A stretch of DNA of 23,094 bases from Archangium sp. (lineage in GTDB: Bacteria; Myxococcota; Myxococcia; Myxococcales; Myxococcaceae), in NCBI GenBank assembly GCA_031367385.1, contig JANLPS010000022.1:1-23094 (forward strand), in the 5' to 3' direction. The position numbers and the translations under genes were made by a program. Below are positions 9,401 through 17,400 of this stretch, piece by piece (the stretch's first letter is position 1; the number at the start of each line of letters is the position of its first letter). A model generated the notes under the pieces. That model had not been told where the DNA came from. It did not search any database and saw nothing but the letters and a program-made list of their open reading frames with translations.

Positions 9401-9561
9401 CACCGCAGCCCCGAGGGGCAATCGCCATCGCGCTGACAGGTCAGCCGCCCCGAGGTCGAGACCGATTTGTCGAAAGAACAGGCAGTGCCGAGCATGAGCG
9501 CCGCGCCGATCGCCATGGCTCGAAAACGTTTGAATGAAGGTCTGGTCAAAATGATCGCCAT
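6451..9561 (-). CDS. Large lipoprotein with Cys-rich motif, Ig-like domains and Kelch/galactose-oxidase-type beta-propeller repeats
   Basis: Basic N-region followed by lipobox LGTA|C and CQRDGDCPSGLRC...C. Repeated xxFGG...DTWxWxGxxW blades (LVLYGG..DTWEWTGTAW; AVLFGG..ETWVWDGTAW). Start uncertain (9561 or 9516). Confidence 0.85.
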   Translation of the reverse strand: MAIILTRPSFKRFRAMAIGAALMLGTACSFDKSVSTSGRLTCQRDGDCPSGLRCQSGLALCVNSALLDETAPTLLTANLTISPRAGNPVVAPSTLGPRSIAHLRLTMSEVLAEPPEVSPTALDGTAVALGCTVTAVADTIYDVDCSTADGARSGVVTINLVLVDLARNTTQVAQPPQLSVDVDSPVAPSEGRMSIRSAPWGDALGNAPSLVLENDGGVTDAQYVRARLSAGLVTPLAAVGAQGDFEPLVLPVVNDAVELQAIDSAGNESPWVAVKSLEWVASFGGKRAGSQFENPHRFQVVRAAADGLEGFPSTERGADDGITVRGGASVTAAGAGTWRRRNVTLAPDGTEYPAAVWDPLRSRIVRFGGARGGKPGGALWEWLGHDWLDPEIIDPEGDGAPTARLAPQTTWDWQRRAVVMMGGSQVDVLNDTWSWNGSSWARLPDATVRRLGGAMVPDPVGGGLLAFGGLGADGGTEVSAERLSPSGVWSNVDATGFPPARALGAIATDPNTGVSWLFGGAASASADSALGDLWQFAGGKWTLLASAGPPPRTASALAWDSRRKRLVLYGGTNRTGNDLSDTWEWTGTAWQQRLVLGAPGVRAQHQLVFDEARNKAVLFGGRSSAANSDETWVWDGTAWARENRIAPGPEKLVSSNMISVGDTLVTVAANAALSSLSIATLDETAGWSPASIEVGSASLGAWLACDSNGQQTSLVGPLGGGAAQLWAVGQDGGWSQQSANIGVVGDRVKGLYFGGGELRAIVDNAAVGRFVGGALANPIVFSPPFNQQVSAALPDGGALVVGIANAASAAAFVSASWVTAGPALPAVFAPFALVYDVARMTPLVVSGGTYPALVGANTVFELAHGAWSVVPIADPEGDGAPLVNLPPLVAHRSIAQVTSLIERGPGADVGRLWELDIARQRPQVEVRFSIGQLPAGANITALTFEVVAGASGAGPDGFTVFERDSGGWVSTGLSGTAAADAPQRLVFSTTDPKLIARLAGGSGEVAFALRPLAANGLGLSRITVDAPQLTLTLRLR

Positions 9562-9661
9562 CGCAGCCAAGCTCACGGCTGAAGTCAATTGGCCTCAGAC
9601 GGCCCTCAGGTGAGCCGATTCGTCCCCCCTCGTGCGCTGAGCCGTGAGACGTTCGCGCTCA

Positions 9662-10996
9662 ATGCTGTTGACGACCCAACTGAAGGGCAAAACGTTCGGT
9701 TCGCGACGCGGCGTGACCCAGTGGCGGGTGACGGTCACGCACGAGGCGCACGCGCAGCGGGTCTTTCACGTCGCGCTGGGCCGCACGCTGCGAATCGGTT
9801 CGAACCCCAGCAACGAGATCGCGCTCGATGACCCCTGGGTGAGCCGAGGGCACGCGGCGCTCACCGCGCATGCAGAAGGGCTGCAGGTACGCGACCTGGG
9901 CAGCACCAACGGGTGCTGGTGGAATGGGGCGAAGCTTCGTGACGGCCTGGTGTCGAGCGGCGTGCTTCGAATCGCAGATTTTCAACTGACCGTGGCGCCC
10001 TCGAAGACCCAGGCGCACCAAGACCTGTCAGCCCACGCCAACTTCGGCGGCCTGGTGGGCCAGAGCGAGTCGATGCGCGCCCTCTTCAAGGAGCTCTCGA
10101 CCGTCGCCACCTCACCCAGCACGATTCTGATTCAAGGCGAGAGCGGCACCGGCAAAGAATTGGTCGCCCGCGCGATTCACGAGGCCAGCCCGCGCGCCAA
10201 AGAGCCGTATGTCGTCTTCGATTGTGCGGCGCTCGCCCCATCGCTCATCGAGACCGCGCTGTTCGGTCATGAAAAAGGCGCTTTCACCGGAGCGACCAGC
10301 CGCAAAATCGGCCTCTTCGAAGAGGCGAATGGGGGCACCCTCTTTCTCGATGAGCTCGGTGAGCTGCCACTCGAGTTGCAGCCGAAGCTGCTGCGAGCGC
10401 TCGAGAGCCGTGAGATTCGCCGCATCGGCGGCTCCGCAGCGGTGCCCCTCGACGTGCGGTTCATCGCGGCAACGCACCGAGATCTGACGCTCGAGGTCAA
10501 TCGGGGCCAGTTTCGAGAAGATCTCTACTACCGGCTCGCGGTCATTCGGGTGCGCATACCGCCGCTGCGTGTACGGCGCGATGACCTTCGCCTGCTGGTC
10601 GAGCACCTGATGCTCCAAGCGACCGGCGGTGACGAGGGCAAGGTCATCGCCGTGCTCGACGCGATGACCCAGAGCCAGTGGCAGTTCTTGAAAGACCACC
10701 CGTGGCACGGCAACGTTCGCGAGCTTCGAAACGTGGTCGAGCGGGCCCTGGCGATGTCGAGCGAGCTCGCGGCGCCAGCAGAAAAGCCCGAGGCCGAGCG
10801 CTACACCCTCGAGGTGCCATACCTGAGCCAGAAGCAGTCGTTGCTCGAGCGCTTCGAGTCTCAATACCTCACTGGCGTCGTCGAGCTCGAGAACGGCAAC
10901 ATCGCTCGCGCGGCCGAACGTGCGGGGCTCGATCGGAGCTACTTCAAGCGCTTGCTCAAGAAGTACAAGGCAGGCGCCCAGCCCTCAAAAGACTGA
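9662..10996 (+). CDS. FHA-domain sigma54-dependent enhancer-binding protein (copy A)
   Basis: FHA (IGS...VSRGH...DLGSTNG), Walker [15 protein letters not shown], Walker [23 protein letters not shown] and a Fis-type HTH. Start at 9662 or 9644. Confidence 0.95.
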   Translation: MLLTTQLKGKTFGSRRGVTQWRVTVTHEAHAQRVFHVALGRTLRIGSNPSNEIALDDPWVSRGHAALTAHAEGLQVRDLGSTNGCWWNGAKLRDGLVSSGVLRIADFQLTVAPSKTQAHQDLSAHANFGGLVGQSESMRALFKELSTVATSPSTILIQGESGTGKELVARAIHEASPRAKEPYVVFDCAALAPSLIETALFGHEKGAFTGATSRKIGLFEEANGGTLFLDELGELPLELQPKLLRALESREIRRIGGSAAVPLDVRFIAATHRDLTLEVNRGQFREDLYYRLAVIRVRIPPLRVRRDDLRLLVEHLMLQATGGDEGKVIAVLDAMTQSQWQFLKDHPWHGNVRELRNVVERALAMSSELAAPAEKPEAERYTLEVPYLSQKQSLLERFESQYLTGVVELENGNIARAAERAGLDRSYFKRLLKKYKAGAQPSKD

Positions 10997-12319
10997 ACCC
11001 GTGGCGTACTTTCGAAGCAGCCGCTTGAAATACATGCGGTCGATGCCTGCGTCGGCGGCCGCTCTCTTGAGATTGCCCCCGTGGCGCTCGACCATGGCCC
11101 GCAGGTACTGGCTCTCGAAGCGCTCGACCAGCCGGCGCTTTTGATCGAGAAAGGGCTGATCGAACGAGACCAGCGCGGCGGGGTCGCTCAACGACTCGGT
11201 CAGTGGCTCGAAGTCTGACGACGGGCTCAGCGCGTCAGACATCGCCAGCGAGCGCTCGACCGCATTTCGAAGCTCGCGCACATTGCCGCGCCAGGGGTGC
11301 TTTCGCAGCGTGCTCCATTGCGCATCGCTGATGGCAGAGACGAGCACCTCCGCCTTGTCGCGGTTGCCGTTCAGGGCCTGCGACATCAAGTGCTCGACGA
11401 GCATGCGAAGGTCGTCGAGCCACTCGCGCAGCGGGGGGATGCGAAGCCGCACCACCGCCAACCGGTAATACAGGTCTTCGCGAAACTGGCCCTGGTTCAC
11501 CTGCCGAGCCAGGTCGCGGTGGGTGGCGGCGACCAGGCGAACATCGATGGCGATCGGCTTCTCTGCACCGACGCGGCGAATCTGTTTGGTCTCGAGCGCC
11601 CGCAGCAGGCGTGGCTGAAGCTCGATGGGCAGCTCGCCGATTTCGTCGAGAAAGAGTGTGCCGCCCTCTGCTTCTTCGAAGCACCCGAGCTTGCGGCGGA
11701 GCGCGCCGGTGAACGCGCCCCTCTCGTGGCCGAAGAGGGCACTCTCAATCAGGCTCGGAGCGGCCGCCGCGCAATCGAACACGACGTAGGGGCTCGACTT
11801 GCGAGGGCTGGCCTCGTGCATCGCGCGGGCGACGAGCTCTTTGCCAGAGCCACTCTCGGCTTGAATCAGCACGGTGCTCGACGTCGGAGAGACGCGTGAG
11901 AGCGTCTTGAACAGGGCCCGCATTGGCGCGCTTTGGCCGACCAGCGGCCCGAACTCGGTCACTTCGGAGAGGGCTTCGACGGCTTCGGCGTCACTCGAGA
12001 CGGTCAGCTTCGAGCCGCCGAACAAAATCACCCCTGAAGGAATGACGGCGTCGGTGATTCGAAGGCCCTTCCACCAGGTGCCGTTGGTGCTCCCGAGATC
12101 GCGAACGGCCACGCCCGAGGGCTCTGCGCTGAGCTCGGCGTGCATTCGGCTCACCGTGGGGTCGTTCAAGACGAGGTCATTGCTCGGGTTCGACCCCACC
12201 CGCAGCGGCATATCGCCCGACACCTGAAACACCCTCGACCCATCGACCGACACCCGCCACTGGGGAACAGACCGGGTGCTGCTCAAGCGTGGCTTTGCCT
12301 GGTCGGTGTGGGTCTTCAC
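10985..12319 (-). CDS. FHA-domain sigma54-dependent enhancer-binding protein (copy B)
   Basis: FHA (VGS...VSRMH...DLGSTNG), [36 protein letters not shown] and an HTH. GTG start with a GAGG RBS. Confidence 0.95.
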   Translation of the reverse strand: MKTHTDQAKPRLSSTRSVPQWRVSVDGSRVFQVSGDMPLRVGSNPSNDLVLNDPTVSRMHAELSAEPSGVAVRDLGSTNGTWWKGLRITDAVIPSGVILFGGSKLTVSSDAEAVEALSEVTEFGPLVGQSAPMRALFKTLSRVSPTSSTVLIQAESGSGKELVARAMHEASPRKSSPYVVFDCAAAAPSLIESALFGHERGAFTGALRRKLGCFEEAEGGTLFLDEIGELPIELQPRLLRALETKQIRRVGAEKPIAIDVRLVAATHRDLARQVNQGQFREDLYYRLAVVRLRIPPLREWLDDLRMLVEHLMSQALNGNRDKAEVLVSAISDAQWSTLRKHPWRGNVRELRNAVERSLAMSDALSPSSDFEPLTESLSDPAALVSFDQPFLDQKRRLVERFESQYLRAMVERHGGNLKRAAADAGIDRMYFKRLLRKYATGSVF

Positions 12320-12321
12320 GC

Positions 12322-12400
12322 GAGACCTCGACTCTATGCCAGGTGCGCTCCCGTCAGATGAGAGGTATCACGATTCTGTCTCTCTCCAGCTCGAGGTCTC
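12322..12400. promoter_or_regulatory. Divergent intergenic region bounded by a perfect 10-bp inverted repeat containing both RBSs
   Basis: GAGACCTCGA at 12322-12331 and TCGAGGTCTC at 12391-12400. Each arm supplies GAGG just upstream of a GTG start (12319 minus, 12404 plus). Confidence 0.6.
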
Positions 12401-12403
12401 ACC

Positions 12404-13882
12404 GTGCGCGGCTCCATCGGTTTCGTGGTCGTTCTCATTCTCGCAGCCCCGTTCACCGCGTTTGCCGGGAGTGCCTGCGCGGGGTGAAGCAACCCGACGC
12501 TCCCGGTCGGGGGCGCCCAGTCTGCGACGGTCGCGCCGAGCCATCTGAGGCTCGACCTGGCGTTCGATGTCACGCGCGCTGAAGCGCAGCATGACTCGTC
12601 TTGCCCTGAGATTGGCCCAATTTGCCGCGTGCGAGACGAGCCACCCCAAGTTCACCACACGACCCTGTGGCTGACCGAGGCGCGGCTGCTGGGGGAGTTC
12701 GGGCTGGCGCCCAACATCGCACTTCAAGCCGTGCTGCCGTTCAGGGTCGTGAATACCGGTACCCGCTTCACGAGCTTCGGAGGGGCTCCGATTCAGCTCG
12801 ACTACCCGAGCATTCACCACCACGACGAGACGCTGGCCGGCCTCGGCGACACCCAGCTGTTTTTTCACGGTGCGCTGACGCTGGGTGACTTTCGATTCGG
12901 TGGCCGCATCGGCGCCAGCCTGCCCACCGGCCGCGTCGTACCAAACCCCTACACGCTCGCCGAAGAGGGGCTGACCCATCAGCACATTCAGTTCGGCACC
13001 GGCACCGTTGACCCGGTATTGAGCCTTGATCTCGCGAAGACCTTCTCTCGCTGGTCATTGGCGGGCTTCGCACAGGCACAGCTGCCACTCTATCGGGGCT
13101 CGACTGGCTATCAGGCGGGTACGCGGGTGGTCGGAGGGCTGGTCGGCATCAGCGACTTTGGTCTGACGCCGACGTTTCGCCTCGGCGTGACGCTCGCCCA
13201 TGAATATGCCGAGCGGTGGGACGGGCTGGTCCCCACCGAAGACGGCAATCAGGGTCGCACCGATCTCTTCGTGGGCCCGGGAGTCACGATCCCCTTCCTC
13301 AAAGACTGGAGCGTCAGCATCGATGTGCGGGCCAGGGTCTACGGCTACACCGTCAATGCGCAGCTCAACATGCCGGTGATTGTGTCGGTGAGCATCGGGC
13401 GGCTCTTTCACCTTGAAGACGGGTTCGATGAGGCGCCCGTTGACGTGCAGTCACCGGGAGACATCGCCGAGGTGGTGCTGGCAGGTGAAGACGCGCCGTT
13501 GGTGAACGTCGCCGGCAAGTGGACGGTGTTCGATTTCTGGGCCCCCTGGTGTGATGCATGCCGGGTTCTCGATGGCTCGTTGCGTTCACTCGCGGCGAGC
13601 GAGAAGTCGGTGGCGCTTCGCAAAGTGAACATCGTCGACTTCGATTCGCCGATTGCGATGCGGGAGCTGCCCGAGGTGAGCGTGCTACCGCATGTTCGCG
13701 TGGTGGCGCCCGATGGTACGGTGGCCCTCGAAGAAAGCGGCCCGGCAGACCGGGTGTTCGAAGACGTCAAGAACACCATCGCCCGTGGCAACGTGTTCAC
13801 CTGCCCGATGCACCCAGAGATACGTGAGCGTCACGGCGGTGAATGCCCGAAGTGCGGCATGCAGTTGATACCCGTGAAGTGA
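12404..13882 (+). CDS. Putative exported selenoprotein (492 aa, Sec28 in CxxU): outer-membrane beta-barrel-like domain + thioredoxin (WCDAC) + heavy-metal-binding domain (CPMHP...CPKCGM)
   Basis: GAGG RBS, GTG 12404 and signal peptide MRGSIGFVVVLILAAPFTAFA. Then GSACAG, TGA at 12485, and SNPTLP, open and in frame with ORF 12629-13882. SECIS-like hairpin downstream. Amphipathic strands with GLGD, SLPTG and GTGTVD motifs. Confidence 0.8.
12498..12515 (+). promoter_or_regulatory. Bacterial SECIS-like hairpin
   Basis: CGCUCCC-GGUC-GGGGGCG forms a 7-bp stem (one U-G pair). The 4-nt loop starts with G, 17 nt after the in-frame UGA. Confidence 0.7.
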
Positions 13883-13903
13883 AGTCGCAGGGCGCCTCAA
13901 CGT

Positions 13904-14371
13904 CTAGCGACGGGCGCGCGCAATCACGACGAGCACCAGAACGCCCACCAGCGCTGCCAAGGCCAACCAGGGCATGACCTTCTGAAAGCCGATTATGAAC
14001 CCGCGGGCCGCCTGCCGCGCCGTCGGGCCAATCACCTTCCACACGCTGGTGCCGATGATTTGCCCGACCAGAAACGAGCCCGCGATGCCGATTGACCACG
14101 TGCAAATCGACGGGTGAATCATGCCGGACACCTGCACGCCGTCGGTGAGGTGCGCTACGGTCGGCATCACCGCGGCCAGCACTCCGACGATGGCCAGCAG
14201 CCGCAGCGCGTTGAGCGCATGGTAGCCAGGCGGCGCGTCGACGCGGCTGAACAGCGAAAATGAAAACCACCGGCGCACGTTGCGGCGTCGAAGCTCGTCT
14301 TTGGTGGGCGGCACGTAGCGCAGCTCGGCCTCGAGTTGAACGTCGTCGGGCTCGTCGATGAGAGGCGCCAC
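13904..14371 (-). CDS. Hypothetical membrane protein (~155 aa, ~3 TM helices)
   Basis: Fills the gap between flanking genes. Hydrophobic segments LLAIVGVLAAVM, WSIGIAGSFLVGQIIG and WLALAALVGVLVLVVIA. GTG start is a guess. Confidence 0.6.
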   Translation of the reverse strand: MAPLIDEPDDVQLEAELRYVPPTKDELRRRNVRRWFSFSLFSRVDAPPGYHALNALRLLAIVGVLAAVMPTVAHLTDGVQVSGMIHPSICTWSIGIAGSFLVGQIIGTSVWKVIGPTARQAARGFIIGFQKVMPWLALAALVGVLVLVVIARARR

Positions 14372-14483
14372 TGCCGTGAAAGGGTAGCAGACACAGCGGT
14401 CGTCGCTGACACACCTTTCGCTACAGAGGGCCGCCGTTATGCGGTGGCGATTCTGCGCTCGCCGCCCCAGACTGCGCGGCGCG

Positions 14484-17400
14484 ATGGAGGGGCGCACATT
14501 CGGCGACTTCGTGCTCAAGCAGCGCCTCGGTGCAGGCGGCGGTGGCGAAGTGTACCTCGCCGAGCAGACCACGCTGGGCCGCGAGGCCGTGATCAAGGTC
14601 ATGCTGCGCGGCGAGCGCGGAGCTGACGCCGACCAGCGGTTCTTGCGCGAAGCCCGGCTGGCCTCTCAGCTCGATCACCCCTTCGCCGCCCATGTCTACG
14701 GGTTCGGTGCCGAAGCCGATGGCGTGCTGTGGATCACGATGGAGCTGGTTCGCGGTGCGTCTCTCGACGCCGTCGTCAAGTCAGAGGGGGCCATGCCCCT
14801 GCCGCGGTTCGTGCCGTTCTTCGAGCGATTGTGCGAAGTGCTGCACGCCGCGCACGAGCAGGGCATCGTTCATCGCGACATCAAGCCTGCGAACGTGATG
14901 GTGCTCACCCGTTCTGGGCGGCTGCTCCCGAAGCTGCTCGACCTGGGCATCGCCCGGCGCGACTCCGACCCGCTCGAAAACGCACTGACCATCGACGAGG
15001 CCGCGGTCACCGGCGAGGGGTCGCCTGCCGAGACGCTCTCAGGCACCCTCGCGAGCCAACTCTTCGACTCTGAAAATACACACCTGACCCGGGTCGGCGC
15101 GCTGGTCGGTACGCCCCACTACATGGCCCCCGAACAGTGGGTCGACGCCTCGAGCGCTGACCTGCGCGCAGATCTCTACAGCCTCTCGTTGCTCGCCTAC
15201 CAGGCGCTGACCGGCAAGGTGCCGTACCCGGCCAAGTCGCTGCGACACCTGGCGAGGGCCCACAGCACCTTGCCGCTGCCGCCGATGCCCGACGGCGTGC
15301 CACCCGACGTCTACACGGTGCTCTCGAAGGGCGCCGCCAAAGATCCCGCTCAGCGCTACGCGACGGCGCTCGAGTTGGGAGCAGCGCTCCGCGCGGCCTC
15401 GGGCATTGGCGTCGAGCCGTTCGCGCTGCCCCAGCTGGGTGATGCCTTGCGCGAAAACCTGCTCTCGCACGCGCCTCAACCGATCGCCGAAGCGGTCGCC
15501 TTGCTCGAGAGCGCTCGCACGCCCAAGCAACAGCTCGACGCGGTGATGATGGTGCGGCGGGTCGCCCTTCGGTACGTGGCCACGCTGGCCCTGGCATCGC
15601 GCGCTCGGGTCGCTCCGGGCAGCGCTGACGACCCCACCGTGGTGGCCCTGCTGCAAAAGCTCGGTGCTTCATCGCTCGACCCCGGCGAGTGGCCTCGTTT
15701 GGCCGAAGCCCTCTGCCGGCCCTTCGCCGCTCGGCGCGCGACCCACCCGCTGCCCGAGCTGGTGACCTTCTTCTTCGCAGACGAGGCCGCCGCCCCAGGT
15801 CTTGGAGCGCTGGCCCTGACCGCCTTCGACGCCATCGAGGTGCGCGAGCTCGATGAGGTGATGCTGCAGGCCGTGTTGCTCAAGCTGGTGCCGGCACTGT
15901 CGGCGCTGCTCAAGAGCCTGACCTTCGTGCTCGATTACGCCTTGATCGTCGCCGGCGATGAATGCGAGCGCTGGGTCGGTGCGCGTCGCCTTCACCGGTT
16001 GGTGCACCACATTCCAATCCCCATCGCGCCGCTGCCGGCGGGGGCGCCCTTTCTCGTCGACCCGAGTGGCGTGCCGGTGCTCACCCTGTGGCCGCTGATG
16101 CAGGTGTTCAGCCCTGGGGCAGGGCTGCCTCAAGAGCTCTTCTTTCTCGACGGCGCGGGTCGCCACGGCGCTCGGTTGGTCGCCTCACCTGGGCCCTTCG
16201 AACGGCAGAGCGACGAGGTCTGGCCATGGTTCTCGCAGTACCTCTTCGACGTCACGCTCGCGCAAGAGGCGGTCGCGAAGGCCGAGCGCCCGCCCTACAA
16301 AGGCCTCTCGACCTTCACGCCCGACGACGCAGACAATTATTACGGCCGTGAGCGAGAGGCAGAGTCGTTCTCGAATCGACTGCGACTGACGCCGCTGCTC
16401 GCCGTGGTTGGCCCCTCGGGGTCGGGCAAGTCTTCATTCATCATCGCCGGGGTGTTGCCGCTGCTGCCTCGGGCCTGGCGGGCGATCGTGATGCGACCCG
16501 GGGCCACGCCTTTTCATGCCCTCGCTGCGAAGCTCGGCTGCGAGGTCGATGCGCTGTCGGTACCGAAGCTGGTCGCGATGGTGGCACCCGGCGAGACGGT
16601 GGTGGTGGTCATCGACCAATTCGAAGAGCTGATCACGCTCTGTCAAGACGCACAGACACGCGAGGCCTTCGCCGAGCTGTTGGTTCGATTGGCCGACTCG
16701 AAGGGCAGCCGATTTCGGGTCGTCATCACCTTGCGCGACGACTTTTTGATCAAGGCGCAGCAGCTGCGTGCGCTGCGCGAACGGTTGTCATCTGCGCTCC
16801 AGCTGCTCGGCACGCCGGCGTCAGACGACTTGTTGCGGGTGGTGACCGAGCCCGCGGCCCGGGTCGGGTACGGCTTCGATGACGCGACCCTGCCCGCGAA
16901 GATGGTCGACGAGGTGGCGCAGTACCCCGGCGCGCTGGCCTTGCTCTCGTTCGCCGCGAGCCAGCTGTGGGAGCTGCGTGATCGGCAGCTGCGACAGATG
17001 CGAGCCAAGACCTATCTGGCGCTGGGCGGCGTTGGAGGCGCGCTGAGCCGGCACGCCGAGCAGACCCTGGCCTCGATGAGCGTCGACGAGGCCGGCCTCG
17101 TTCGGGAGGCGTTTCGACACCTGGTGACCTCGCAGGCGACGCGCGCGGTGCTGACTCGAAAAGAGATGCTCGACGTGCTCGGCGGCTCACCCGCGGCCCA
17201 GTCGGTGCTCGAGAAGCTGGTCGCGGCGCGGCTGCTGGTGACCTCCGAAGACCCGAGCGGTGACGACCGGGTGGAGATCATTCATGAAGCGTTGATCGTC
17301 TCGTGGCCCAGGCTCGACACGTGGCTGCGCGAAGACGCCGAGACCGCGCGATTGCGTGACTCGCTGCGAGCCAGCGCGAAGCAGTGGGCCGAGCTGGGCC

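Noticed and set aside
12328..12377. Sigma54 promoters in the divergent region (TGGCATAGAGTCGAG minus; AGGTATCACGATTCT plus)
   Set aside because: The -24-like halves are present but there is no G at the -13 position.
12485..12487. Genome-wide UGA recoding (Trp/Gly)
   Set aside because: TGA terminates most genes in the window (e.g. 1916, 3832, 10996, 13882, 19754), so any read-through is site-specific.
12629..13882. ORF-track start at GTG 12629 as the true gene start
   Set aside because: It has no RBS or signal peptide, whereas the in-frame start at 12404 has both.
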